A stretch of DNA of 63,950 nucleotides from Octopus bimaculoides (GCF_001194135.2 NC_068987.1:18264804-18328753), one strand, 5' to 3'; shown: positions 49,675 through 62,430, counted from the stretch's first letter. Program-made: numbers and translations. Notes: a model not told the origin generated them from the letters alone.

Positions 49675-50470
49675 TATTATTATTATTATTATTATTATTA
49701 TCATCATCATGAAACTATATTTGCCAGTATTGAGTCTCAGTTCCATATAAATATTATTAAAAAAAAGTTTTCAAATACTTCTATTGTGACACTGCTGCTG
49801 CTGATGAGGATGATGACAGTCTTGATGATGTTGACGATGATGACGATGATGTTGACAATGATTATTTTCCATTATATATTTTCTCTGGTTCTTTGATGTG
49901 TGAGGCAAGCAATACACATTTTTATTTTCTACCAACACCGACATCATCATTGTCAACAACGCTATCTTCATCATCATCACCATCTTTGCCATTGTCAACA
50001 ACACCACCATCATCACCATCGTCATTCTGAATTCAATCATCACCATTTACTTCTAATACCATCATCATCATCATTATCTTTTTTTATGAACGCTGCCATC
50101 ATTCTCAATAACACTAACATCATTTTACAACATCATCATCACCATTGTCAACATTACCGTCATCATTGTCAAGAACACTGTTGACATTATTTTCGTCATG
50201 AACATAAATAACCATTATCATCACAGTCGTAATCATTGTCAACAGCACTTGTCATTTTCATCACAATCATCAGTATCATCATCATCATCATCATCATCAT
50301 CATTGTCAACAATAGCACCACCATCATTGTTAACAACATCATGATTATTAATGATACCATCATCACCATCATCATTGCCATCATTATCAATAACACCAAC
50401 AGTACCAATAACCTCATCATATTCGTTATCAACAGTGCCATCATCACCATTTTCAACTTCACATCATAAT
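49675..50470. repeat. Long degenerate trinucleotide (CAT/CAA/CAC/GAT) low-complexity tract
   Basis: Seen directly; yields poly-His, poly-Ile and poly-Met pseudo-ORFs. Confidence 0.9.
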
Positions 50471-50484
50471 TATTGGACATCATA

Positions 50485-50677
50485 AGGTGGCACGCCGGGC
50501 AAAATGCTTGGTGGTACTTTGCCCATCGCTACATTTTGAGCTCAAGTTCCACCAAGGTCAACTTTGCCTTTCATCCTTTCAGGGTCAATAAATTAAGTGC
50601 CAATGAAATTTTGGGACTGATGTAATCGACTAGTCCCCTTCCCAAAATTTTCAGGCCTTGTGCTTATAGTAGAAAAG

Positions 50678-50705
<28 letters not shown>
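50485..50705 (+). mobile_element. Meta-domain-like SINE with (ATT)n tail
   Basis: GCACGCCGGGCAAAATGC...ACTTTGCCTTTCATCCTTTC...TTTCAGGCCTTGTGCTTATAGTAGAAAAG(ATT)n. Confidence 0.85.
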
Positions 50706-50710
<5 letters not shown>

Positions 50711-50842
50711 GTGAAGATAATCAAGAGAGTACATAGTTAGACTGAATGTGTTGTGATTTGCTTTTAAAACAACAGGTTTTATGATGTATGAATCAGTAAT
50801 AGTCATGCACAAGGTCAGTAGATTTGAGTGGAGGGTGGGGTT

Positions 50843-51003
50843 CATCATCATCATCGTTTAACGTCCGCTTTCCATGCTAGCATAGGTTGGATGATTTAAC
50901 TGAGGACTGGTGAAACCAGATGGCTGCATCAGGCTCCAATCTGATCTGGCAGAGTTTCTACAGCTGGATGCCCTTCCTAACGCCAACCACTCCGAGAGTG
51001 TAC
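50843..51003 (-). mobile_element. RTE-type 3' module, variant A, 5'-truncated
   Basis: CATCATCATCATCGTTTAACGTCCGCTTTCCATGCTAGCAT...CCAACCACTCCGAGAGTGTA. Confidence 0.85.
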
Positions 51004-51902
51004 TGTGAGCAAGTTAAATAGTTAAAATAATGTAGTTATTGTGAGCATGTGTAAAAGTAATACAGTTACTGTGAACAAGTGCAGTATTTATATGTAATCA
51101 TGATCATCCATCATTGTTTTACGTCATGCCAGCATTCTATTCTGGCATGGGTTGGACTCATTGTCATAGTCAAAATCAAATCTTTGTGGGTGCCATTGCC
51201 CTCCTAAGCAGTGCACATGCTTTATTTTGTCTTGGTTTCAGTGACTAGATTTCTTTCTTATAACCAACTATTTTAACAGATTGTACTGAGGGTGGTTTCT
51301 TGTGGCACCTACACCAGAGAGGTTGTTATAACCCTAACCCTAACCCAGACAAGACTAAAATTAATAGCATAGCTTGATGAGAGGTGGTCCATCTTGGACA
51401 ACACTTTTGTGGGGACTACACTGTTGGGTCTGCTGTATAAGCATGGGGTGGGTGTGGTGGGATGTAAACTCAAGGACTGCTCTGCGTAGCACACACTCAA
51501 GCCAAACCACTGACTAAAATGCCTTCTCGACCTATATTTCATTCACTCATTTGCCAACCATATTACAGTGTGTTCTGAGTGCACGTTTATGTGGCACCAG
51601 CACTAGAGAGTTTGTCAAGTCCTCAGTGAGACAGGGCTAACATGAACATTCATCCCTACTTTTCCTGAACTTACCCACGAAAATGTGTAGTAGATGCTTC
51701 AGAGAAAGGATCCAGCACAGGAAAAGTTAATTGCCTTGTACACTGTATGTATGAAGAATACTCGTTAGTATTCATTAAAACATGCACGTTTGCTCAAAGT
51801 ATTATGATCAATGATGGGAGGGGTAGGAGAAAGTATGTTGCCAGAAAAAATGTTGAAATGGATGAAGTCCATTCTGAGAATAACTCCTTCCTTCCTTCTT
51901 TC

Positions 51903-51981
51903 TCACACTGCCTCAGGGTTTCTGAAGGTGTTGGGGGTCAGGTGGGGAGTGTAGTCATGGATTCTACATTTCCTTCTCTGT
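51903..51981 (-). CDS. Candidate terminal coding exon C (phase 2), product unknown
   Basis: Strong acceptor ttattatttctttttttttag|A; frame QRRKCRIHDYTPHLTPNTFRNPEAV*; a strong GG|gtaagt donor lies downstream at 51674. Confidence 0.4.
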
Positions 51982-52427
51982 CTAAAAAAAAAAGAAATAA
52001 TAAATTGATATAATTATTTGAGCCATTGTGTGGAATTTTATTACAATCCTATCCAGGATAAGGTGGCAGGGATTTTAATTTATCCCTTCTGTTTAATGCC
52101 ATAGAATCCTCGAATAAACTCTGGTTTTTACGAGGCCCCTGCTGTGGTTAGGCAGGATGACTTAATTCCATTATTATAGTTGTGTTTTGACAGTTTTGTG
52201 TGGTTAGTCTTTTCTCCTGCCTAAGTTATTAACTGACTATAATACTTGATAAACAGAAAACGAAGAAGAAGAAGAAGAAGAAGAAAAACAGAAAGAGAAA
52301 ATTGCAATTTTTATGTTAGATCAATGCAAATTGATAGTTATTAAATTATGTATTGATTCTTTGAAGAAATTGAAAACAAAACATAGTGGTATTTCTGTAT
52401 ATTTATTTTCATTTTCTCAATGGAATT

Positions 52428-52475
<48 letters not shown>

Positions 52476-52787
52476 GTATATATATCAGGAGAGAGAGATG
52501 TGTGTATATATTACAGTCTAGGCATTAATAGATAAAATGGTTAGGGTTTTTGTATCTATGTAATGGCTATGGTTAGGTGAGTTTCTGAGTTAGCAATCAG
52601 CTTTATAGATCCTCACATTTTTTTTTTTAAATTTCCAAAATGTAAGAGTAAGATATTTATTCATTTATTTATTTATTTAGTAGTTATTCAAACACCACCA
52701 TCATCATCACTGTCGTCATCTTCATCATCAAGGTCAGTGGTCCAGACACTGATTTCAGAAAGCCATTACAATATCAACTTTTCGTAC

Positions 52788-52945
52788 TTCCTGGTTCCAA
52801 CTTTGTGTTTGTTGTTGTTGTTTTTTTTCTTCTCTACTCTATAATGTTGATCTCGGTGATCTGTGTCTCCTTTTCCGACATTGAATCGCACTGGTATGAT
52901 TCTTAGAGGATTGGAAACCGGGATGTTATAATGATTTTTGCTGCT
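52788..52945 (-). CDS. Candidate coding exon B (158 nt, phase 0-2), product unknown
   Basis: Acceptor ttgattttgttag|, donor GAA|gtacga; open frame SSKNHYNIPVSNPLRIIPVRFNVGKGDTDHRDQHYRVEKKKNNNNKHKVGTR(K). If unspliced it reads on to TAA at 52766-52768. Confidence 0.45.
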
Positions 52946-52979
52946 CTAACAAAATCAATGCAATAAATTTATTATTAGG

Positions 52980-53230
52980 TGCAGACATGACTGTGCAGTC
53001 AAGAAGCTAGCTTTGCAACCACATGGTTTCAAATTCAAGCCCACTGCATGGCATTTTGGGAAAGTATCTTCTACTATAGCCCTGGGTCAACAAATGCTCT
53101 GTGAGTGGATTTAGTAGATAGAAATTGCGTGGAAGCACATCATATATGTATGTGTGTTTGTTCTCCACCGCCACTTGACAACTGGTGTTAGTTTATTAAC
53201 ATTCCTGCAATGACTGAAACAAGTAAAATA
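52980..53230 (+). mobile_element. CORE-like SINE, internally deleted
   Basis: Head TGACTGTGCAG...CCCACTGCATGG, central domain, then a tail missing its middle, ending GACTGAAACAAGTAAAA. Confidence 0.75.
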
Positions 53231-53552
53231 TGAAAGATATATGTAGTCTGATGATGACTAATGAATTAAAACTCTGAAGTCATTGTCAACCTTTTCCTGG
53301 TAGTGCTAAAAAATATTAAGTGGATCCTCCAACTTATAATGTAGTATATAACTTAACATAAAAACAAACATTAATATATATATATAACCCACCAACCCTC
53401 CTGCTTGGTCAGTGGTCAGTGCTAGTGTGTGCAGAGTAGTGTGGTGTGGTGTNNNNNNNNNNNNNNNNNNNNNNNNNNNNNNNNNNNNNNNNNNNNNNNN
53501 NNNNNNNNNNNNNNNNNNNNNNNNNNNNNNNNNNNNNNNNNNNNNNNNNNNN

Positions 53553-53584
<32 letters not shown>

Positions 53585-54234
53585 TATAACTACCTACTCA
53601 AAGATGGGTGAAATAAAAGCTCCTTTACATGAAAAATAGGCAAGGGTTATTTCATACATCTTTGAGCAGATAATAATAATAATAATATATAATGTCTCAA
53701 ATGCCTGCTGAAATGAGAAAAAAATACCAACATTAAACAAACAAGTATAGCAACACTTGTTTAATAAAAGAACAATGAAGAGAGTCATACTCTTGTAACA
53801 ATTAGCAACAAAGTAGGGGGTGAATAGATGAGGACAATAATAACCAGAATGCTGGAGGAATGGTGGTGGTGTGGGTGGTGGCAGTGAGGGTGGCGGTGGC
53901 AGGAGCAATGGCAAAGAAAACGAGGGAAAATTGATAATAGTAGTGAAGTTGCTGTTGAAAGTAAAAAGTAAAAATTTCGGATAATGCCTTGGCGATGATG
54001 ATCATGGTGATAATGAAGATGATGATGATGACGGTACAGACAACAATGACAAAACCACGTTACCGATATATGTATCAAAATATTTCCAGTTATGTATCTT
54101 GTTATCTAAACTTAATCAACTAGTTTAAATTTCTTCATTGTATTTTGGGTTTTTTAACGAGCTCAAGTCTGGCTCCCTCACTAAATTATTACACTTTACA
54201 CTTGTTAATTAGCATCAGAAAAGACTGTACAATC

Positions 54235-54291
<57 letters not shown>

Positions 54292-54984
54292 AATATAAGT
54301 TGGTAGGAGTAATATCTCTATGTGGTCTGTGCTGTCTAGTTATTGGGTATATTTGAAAATTTGATTTATAATTCTTTTGTGACTGGCTGTTTAACCCTTC
54401 TGTAAAGCTTTGTCCACATGTGGTGTAACAGATAAAGTAATTTATTCTCAGATTTGATTCAATCAAACAACAATCAAACATGAATACGCAGATGATATCA
54501 AACAAGTGGTGTGAGGATGGCCTAGTGGTTAGTGTATTGTTGCATAAATGTTTAGATCTCATCTTGTTTAATTCTTTTTCTGAGCATATTTCTAGTGAAA
54601 CAGCGTTGACCAATTAATTAAAGTTGTTTCAATTAATTTAGAAAATAATAAAGATTTTGGGAAGGATTTAGTAAAATAACTAATTTCCTTTATTAATAAG
54701 TTTGTATTTAGAATCATAAATTAACAGAAATGTTCTAACAATAAATTATGATGGAAGATTTTAATTAAAATGTGAGCATGGAAAGATTTATGTCTTTGAG
54801 CCAGAGATAGTTTCAGGTGAGTGGCTATCAAAATAGTTAATCCTTTCTATTATTAAAAGTGTATCATACCTTTTAGCTAGAATAGGGATTGATTCAAAAA
54901 GAGACAATGCAAGGCTTGATTTGAGGGTGGCCTTTTCGTCTTGCTGATGGTATGGCAACCATTTTCGTGGTTGCCTTACCATCT

Positions 54985-55480
54985 TTCATGGCTGGTGCCA
55001 TGAAAAACACACCTAGTATACTCTGTAAAATGGTTGGTGTTAGGAATGGCATCCAGCCATAGAAACCATGCTAAAAATGAGACATTAGAAGATATGAACC
55101 TACTGAATCCTGTCAAATTTTCTTACCCATTATGACAGAATTAAACAATGAAGAGAAAAAAACTACAGAAAATGTAGAAAAATGACAAAATAAAAAAAAT
55201 TTTTAATTCTTTCTAACTAAGCTTTACTTCTCTTAGCATAGCACCCACCACCCCTCACCATACTACTAATGGTGTTACCCTGTGATCTCTCTGTACTAGA
55301 CCACAACTATGTTGCCTGAGATACACAAATAGCTTATGTCTGTTCATGGCGAAATATTAGCTTGTTTGGAAACAGGTGAGCGTTAGCGAGACGAAAGCCA
55401 TCGGGTCACACAAAATGTGCCTCAACAAATTCCATCTGACCCTTTCAAGCTGGGAAAAGCAAACACTGAATGATAATGAT
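54985..55480 (+). mobile_element. Diverged variant-A (54985-55140) and variant-B (55300-55480) 3' modules
   Basis: GGTTGGTGTTAGGAATGGCATCCAGCCATAGAAA; GAAATATTAGCTTGTTTGGAAACAGGTGAG. Confidence 0.65.
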
Positions 55481-55561
55481 TATGTATGTATATATATGTA
55501 TGGTGGGAATGCATATATGTGTGTGTGTATGTATACATGTGTGTATATGTATGTTTGTCTC

Positions 55562-55628
<67 letters not shown>

Positions 55629-55665
55629 GCATACACACACACACACACACACACACTCACACACA

Positions 55666-55705
<40 letters not shown>

Positions 55706-56211
55706 GTTTACTGTTTTAAGGCAGAATCAATAAAAAAAGAATTCCATCCAGCAAGAGACATATATACATATATATATATATGTTCTTCATGGAGAACAGA
55801 TGTCTCAGACGTTTTCACTTCATAATGGAATGCATCTCCTTCAAACTCCTCACAAACACTTTCAACTTAACAATGCCAGAACATGAAGTGTGTCGTAGCA
55901 AGAAGAAGGTGCATAAAAATGTACATTATCATCATCATCATGAACATCAATAAGATCACTGCCTCTGATGAAAGAACTTTGACAAACCAATTAATCAATT
56001 AATAAATTTATTTATCTTTTTATGTATTTATTAACAAATTATCTAATTAATTGAAGTGAAATACTACTAGTGTGTGCATTTTAATTGGCAGCTTATTTAG
56101 TGGGGGGTTTTTTGGTGGAGAGGAGTGGGGTTTCAGAAAATTATTGTGTCTTGTTTTTAATTTGCAAGTAGAAGCTTCAAAACCTCTTTTTCAAAGCAAT
56201 TGGGAAGAATA

Positions 56212-56375
56212 TCAAGGTGCATGGCCTTGTAGTTAGGGTGCTGGGCTCATAATCACAGGGTTGTATGTTCACTTCCTGGGCAGGGCGTTTAGGTGTATCC
56301 TTGGACATGGTACATTGTTTCATGTTTCCTCAGTCTACGCAGCTGTAAATGTGTACCAGTCTAATTTTTAGTGCA
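56212..56375 (+). mobile_element. Diverged tRNA-derived SINE
   Basis: TGGCCTTGTAGTTAGGGTG...GTATCCTTGGACATGGTAC...CAGCTGTAAATGTGTACC. Confidence 0.55.
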
Positions 56376-56377
56376 AC

Positions 56378-56408
<31 letters not shown>

Positions 56409-56449
56409 TCTCTCTATCTCTCTCTCACTCTCTCTCTCTNNNNNNNNNN

Positions 56450-56488
<39 letters not shown>

Positions 56489-56804
56489 TCTTCAGTTGTC
56501 GCATTTTCAATGTTGTACTGGATCATAGGTGGGAAAGTTAAGAGGGCACCTATATCTACTTGTGACTACACAAATACCTAAAACAATTAGTGAAAGCATG
56601 GTACAAGTTACCAGTTCATACCTGCTTACAGGTGATGGTTAAGCTATACAGCATGGTTGTGTGATTAAGAAGTTTGCTTTGCAACCACATGGTTTCCTGT
56701 TCAATCCCTCTGCACAGCACCTTGGCCAAATGTCACTACCATAACCTTAGGTCACTTTATACCATGTGAAATTTAGTATACAGAAACTGTATGGAAGCCC
56801 ATCA

Positions 56805-56945
56805 GAGGAACCATCTGAGAGTTCACAGCTCTGGTACCACAGACAAGTGATGAGAATGTCACAGAAGAGAATTGCAAGATGGATTCTTCAAGCTGAGCCA
56901 ACTGACAGATTTAGAGGTAGACCATGAACAAGATTGGTCATACTT
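56805..56945 (+). pseudogene. RTE-clade LINE ORF extreme C-terminus relic
   Basis: QLWYHRQVMRMSQKRIARWILQAEPTDRFRGRP*TRL resembles LRWFGHVMRM..ERIARRILQAEPTGRRPRGRPRTRW. Confidence 0.7.
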
Positions 56946-57249
56946 GGGAATCCATCTGGTTACTGTCATGACTGTTACTTTTGACAGGACCTATGGACCT
57001 ATGGAGAAGGTGCTTAAGTACTCTGTACCTTCAACCCTCTCAGAAATTGTGAGTGGAGAAGATGGATAAATGACTGGACACCACAAACTAGCATATAAGT
57101 TTCATTAGCAGCATCCACTTTCTTGCAGTCTTCAGAACAGCTCTGTGTCTTGAAAATAACTTCCTTCTCTCTGTCATATGGTCCCTAGTAACAGTTATGG
57201 ATGATGCAGTGGATCTACTGGGAGCCTGTATCTACTTGTGATTACACTG

Positions 57250-57672
57250 GCATCATCATCACCGTTTAATGTCTGCTTTCCATGCTGGCATGGGTTGAAC
57301 GGTTTGACTGAGGACTGGCGAGTCAGATGGCTGCACCAGGCTCCAATCTGATATGGCAGAGTTTCTACAGCTGGATGCCTTTCCTAACGCCAACCACTCT
57401 GAGAGTGTAGCAGGTGCTTTTACATGCCACCAGCACGAGGGCCAGTCAGGTGGTAGTGGCTACGGCTACACTCAAATGTTGTTTATCACGTGCCACTGGC
57501 ACAAGTGCCAGTAAGGCGATGCTGGTAACAACCACGCTCGAATGGTGCTTTTTACATGCCACCGGCACAGGAGCCAGTCAGCAGCCCTGGTAACAATCAC
57601 ACTCATATGGTGCTCTTAATGTTCCACTAGCACAGATGCCAGTCAGACGATGCTGTCATCAGCCACGTCAGC
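57250..57672 (-). mobile_element. RTE-type 3' module, variant A, with four ~65-bp internal units
   Basis: (CAT)n tail end at about 57251; repeated (C)TTTT(A/C)CA(T/C)G(C/T)CAC(C/T)(A/G)GCAC...GCCAGT units. Confidence 0.85.
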
Positions 57673-60166
57673 AAATTAGTGAAAGTATGGTACAAGTTAC
57701 CAGGTCATACTTGCATAGTCTTTTTTTCAATCCCTCTGCAAAGCACCTTGAACAAGTGTCTTTACCATAACTTTACCGTAACTTCAGGTTGATTAAGACC
57801 ACGTAAATTAACTATTAAAAAAAAAATTGAAAAGATTATTTTCTAAGAATATTTTGACCAAGTGTATGTTTTTTTGGGGGTTTTTTTTGCTTAACTTCAA
57901 GTATTTTGATCACAAATTTAATAAATGACACACGTTGTATAGATATGGATTTATGTAAGGTGAGCCACTTGTAAGTATTGTGGGAATGTAGAAATATTAA
58001 TTATTGATTTATTTGAACAGCAGATCTTAAATATTTATACAATATATTAAAATTTTTAATGAGAAATTTTATTAAATATTCAATTTTACTTTTGGCAAGG
58101 AAAGAAGGTAGCTGATATTCTTTTTATGATATTTACTTGTCTTTCAAAAAACAGAAAGAGACTTCAATGTGAAGCAATGAAACTAACTAGGAACTGACAA
58201 ATAGTCTAAGAATTTATGGATAACCGTAGCCACAGCAGATCCTTTCATGCAAAAATTACTTCATATACTGGCTGTGAGATTATAGTGTTGTGGTATTGAT
58301 CGTTAACACACACACACCTATATTAGTATTTTGGTTAGGCATTGTGAGACTAATAGCCTGTTTTAGAACTCAATACACGTATGCTTCAGAACAAAGTGTT
58401 AGACGGGTATAGAGCAGATAATAAGCAAATGAGATGATAAGAAATAAATGATTATTTTATGGACTTCATTAGCTTAAAGCTGTTTCTGCTATTGGATGCA
58501 GTGGGCTCATAGATGGGTGCCTGAATAACACTTTATAGCTTCATCAGAGCCTCAAATATGAAGTGCAATTTATTTGGGGAAAAAAATTACATTAGCTGTA
58601 AGCACTCCTGTATCAGAGCACCCAGGATCATCACCCACATGGTTTTCATTCTCAGAGAGCAGAACAAAGGCCAGATCTGGCAAGTTTGAACATAAAACAT
58701 GTAGAATATTTTGGCCAGTTTAAATGGTAAAGATTTCATGAATTTTTTAAAGATCTTATTGGATTCTCATCAGAAGTGTCTACATTAATTTGACCAATCC
58801 TAAACAAACAAGCAGCCAATCTGTTTAAATACTCAGCAATCTCAGTAGCTACATGAGACTGGGGATATCAATTTGCATACCATATAGGGTTTGTCAACAG
58901 GGATCTCAGTCCACACTCTATCAAGGCATGGCATAATATATGTAACCTACACACATAACCACATATTCAAACCTTTGCAATGTTTTTTTTTTTTTTTTCT
59001 GTCTATTCCCTTTGTTTTTGTCACTCCATCTGGTCTAGAAACATCCCTTTTACATGTTCCGGCTTTTCCTTCTGAAAATATTTTTTCCCTGCCATGGTTT
59101 CAACAGAAACTATGCCAACTGAACTTGTATGGAAAAGGAAATGTTCAAAAAGAAACGAAAAAAGTAATTGTCTGTGTCTGTGTGCATATATTTGAATGTA
59201 TACATGTNNNNNNNNNNNNNNNNNNNNNNNNNNNNNNNNNNNNNNNNNNNNNNNNNNNNNNNNNNNNNNNNNNNNNNNNNNNNNNNNNNNNNNNNNNNNN
59301 NNNNNNNNNNNNNNNNNNNNNNNNNNNNNNNNNNNNNNNNNNNNNNNNNNNNNNNNNNNNNNNNNNNNNNNNNNNNNNNNNNNNNNNNNNNNNNNNNNNN
59401 NNNNNNNNNNNNNNNNNNNNNNNNNNNNNNNNNNNNNNNNNNNNNNNNNNNNNNNNNNNNNNNNNNNNNNNNNNNNNNNNNNNNNNNNNNNNNNNNNNNN
59501 NNNNNNNNNNNNNNNNNNNNNNNNNNNNNNNNNNNNNNNNNNNNNNNNNNNNNNNNNNNNNNNNNNNNNNNNNNNNNNNNNNNNNNNNNNNNNNNNNNNN
59601 NNNNNNNNNNNNNNNNNNNNNNNNNNNNNNNNNNNNNNNNNNNNNNNNNNNNNNNNNNNNNNNNNNNNNNNNNNNNNNNNNNNNNNNNNNNNNNNNNNNN
59701 NNNNNNNNNNNNNNNNNNNNNNNNNNNNNNNNNNNNNNNNNNNNNNNNNNNNNNNNNNNNNNNNNNNNNNNNNNNNNNNNNNNNNNNNNNNNNNNNNNNN
59801 NNNNNNNNNNNNNNNNNNNNNNNNNNNNNNNNNNNNNNNNNNNNNNNNNNNNNNNNNNNNNNNNNNNNNNNNNNNNNNNNNNNNNNNNNNNNNNNNNNNN
59901 NNNNNNNNNNNNNNNNNNNNNNNNNNNNNNNNNNNNNNNNNNNNNNNNNNNNNNNNNNTTATCAATAATTTATGTGATTGGCTGTCTTTTCTGTTATTAT
60001 GTTCTTATTTGTCTTCTAAGCTGCTATCTTTCTATTTTGTTCCGTTCCATTCTGTCTGTCTTTCTGCTCTGTTCTGCTCTTCTCTGTCTGTATAGCAATC
60101 ACTCATTTCGGTAGTTAGCAGACAAAACAGTAGACCGAGGAGTTCTTGAAGTATTTATTTATGTCC

Positions 60167-60204
<38 letters not shown>

Positions 60205-60344
60205 TCAGTCGCAAAAATCTCACTCAGTTTTGCTGCTATCTATCTGTGTACGCCAGTGTTTTCCAAGGTGGAGGGGTGCACATTTTTGTTGAGTGTAAGT
60301 TATTTCACAATGGGGTATAAGTAAATAAGTGCATAAAACTTGCA

Positions 60345-60700
60345 ATAAAGTATGTTTCCCAACCACATAGTTTCGTGTTTGCAAGTGTCTTCTACTATAG
60401 CCTTGAAACAACCAAAACCTTGTGAGTGGATTTGGTAGGCAGAAACTGAAAGAAGCCTGTCATATAAAGATATACATATATGTGTGTGTGTGTGTGTGTG
60501 TCCACCACTTGACAACCTGTGTTGGTGTGTTTACATCCCCGTAGGTTTGCAGTTTAGTAAAAGAAACTGATAGAATAAGTACCAGGCTTTAAAATAATTT
60601 AGTACTGGGATCAATTCATTTGACTAAAACTCTTCAAGTCTGTACCCCAGGATGGCTGCAATCTGCAGTCTACTGAATGAAACAAGTAAAAGATAAAGAT
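60345..60700 (+). mobile_element. CORE-like SINE, nearly full length
   Basis: GCAAGTGTCTTCTACTATAGCC...GAAACTGAAAGAAGCC, microsatellite, tail ending GAAACAAGTAAAAGATA. Confidence 0.85.
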
Positions 60701-60894
60701 AGCATATATATATATATATAGATATATATATAACTGCTAGCTCCAAAAGATTTTTTACTCTCTCTCTGCTTATTTTTTTGTGTTCCTTCCTGTAAGGAAA
60801 TGTAAAAGATTTTCTCACCTTTCCAAGTGTTAAACTAACACACCTGTTTGTTGTTTATACACCTGTCTTCGTCTTTTGTTTTTCTGTAAATTTC

Positions 60895-60931
<37 letters not shown>

Positions 60932-60951
60932 TGCGTGCGTGCGCGTATATA

Positions 60952-61700
60952 CAGGGTGTGGTGAATAAACTGTCATCTCAATTACACAAAAATGAGAATA
61001 AAACTGACATTTCATTTTAACACATATATTTACATAAAAATATTTGTACAAAATTACATAAAAATATCTTGAAATATTACAGAATAAATTTATTCAATAA
61101 AATTGCCATTGGCTTCAACCACGGCCTCCAGGCAACTTCAGAATCTCCTGCAACTCTTCTGGACGGTCTCCTTGTTTAAGTTGGTGAATGCTGCCATAAT
61201 CCTTGCCTTCAGTTCATCGTTGGTATTACAAGGAGTTTTTTTGGCCTGTTGCTCAACTGCACCCCACACATCATAATGAAGGGGTTTGCAGTTTGGAGTG
61301 TTAGGTGGCTAGATGTTAGGGGTGATGTGGTCACAGAAATTGTCTGACAGCTATAACTGGGTTCTCCTGCTTCTGTGGTATGGTACAGAGTCCTATTGCT
61401 AAACATAGGGTCTTCCAGCAGCCACCCTCCTCCAGGTACTTGATGTAGGCGTCCGTGTTGAGTTTGAGGCCGTGTGGGAAGATGAATGGCGGCATAACGT
61501 CACCATCACCAGTGATCACTCCAAACACTATGATATTGACTGGATGTTTGATTTTTATTACTCTTGGTTACATGTCCTCAGATTGACACCCAAACACTCT
61601 GTAATGCTCATGTTGGAGCTTCCAGTGTGAATGCTAAGCAGAATAGCATGTCATTTCGAAATTTCTGGCAGAGTAAATTGCATCATGATGCTGTTTTTCT
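60952..61700 (-). pseudogene. Tc1/mariner maT (DD37D) transposon relic, internally deleted
   Basis: TA|CAGGGTG terminus at 60952. Minus frame V*Q*DSVPYHRSRRTQL*LSDNFCDHITPNI*PPNTPNCKPLHYDVWGAVEQ...EAVVEANGNFIE*: 37 residues between the Asp and the third catalytic position (now His). N-terminal HTH-like piece HAILLSIHTGSSNMSITECLGVNLRT at about 61575-61660. Confidence 0.88.
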
Positions 61701-62089
61701 CACAGATGGTGCCCAATTGACCCTACTATACTGTGTTGTCATCAAAATCAAGAACAAACAATGCACATGCTTGATGTGTAAAGGCCCTCATTTCATCTAC
61801 GATGCATAATTAAACACTGCTTATGGGCCATGGATCTTCTTTTAAGAACCGTAGTCTTTACAAACAATTTAGCATATTTATTTGTTTCTTCAGCAAATTC
61901 TTGAATTAGTGACAGTGTAAGAAATACTAAAAATGAACCGTAGTCTTTCCTGTGACTGTATTCTGTGGGCCCAGGTGTTTCCATTAAGGATAAGAATCAC
62001 AGTTATATCAAAATCTCTTTCAGTCACTTTATACCACATCATCATTATCACTGTTTTAGTGTCCACTTTTCCACATGAGTTCAGCATGA

Positions 62090-62218
62090 GACACTGATAG
62101 GATAAGTACCAAACTTACAAAGAGAAATATGTACTGAGGTCGATTCGTTCAACTAAAACCATTCAAGGTAGTGCCCCAGCATGGTCACAGGCCAATGATT
62201 GAAACAAGTAAAAGATAA
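62090..62218 (+). mobile_element. CORE-like SINE tail fragment
   Basis: GATAGGATAAGTACC...CCCCAGCATGGTCACAG...GAAACAAGTAAAAGATA. Confidence 0.75.
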
Positions 62219-62234
62219 TATAATACAAATAATA

Positions 62235-62430
62235 AATGAGTATATGCATATATACGTACATGTATGTACATACTTACATCTACCTGTAAATATAGATGCA
62301 TATCTGGGTACAGGATGTTGCAAACAAAATGTGGACAAAATGATAAACAGAGTACAGAAAACACACAGGCCACATAGAGAACATCTCCTTCATCAGCTGC
62401 CCCCATTCTAACACAGGCGTTTCGAAGAGT
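62235..62430 (-). mobile_element. Diverged copy of the Penelope-like repeat at 1-305
   Basis: Minus strand TCTTCGAAACGCC...GGCAGCTGATGAAGGAGATG...GTACCCAGATATGCATC...GCATATACTCAT. Confidence 0.6.

Noticed and set aside
49771-50483. His-rich ORF 49900-50184 and neighbouring Met/Ile-rich ORFs
   Set aside because: Products of a degenerate (CAT)n tract; no signal peptide, GHG-type repeat or splice context to suggest a cephalopod His-rich structural protein.
51329-51346. (TAACCC)3 telomere-like repeat
   Set aside because: Only three units; too short to indicate a fusion or healing site.
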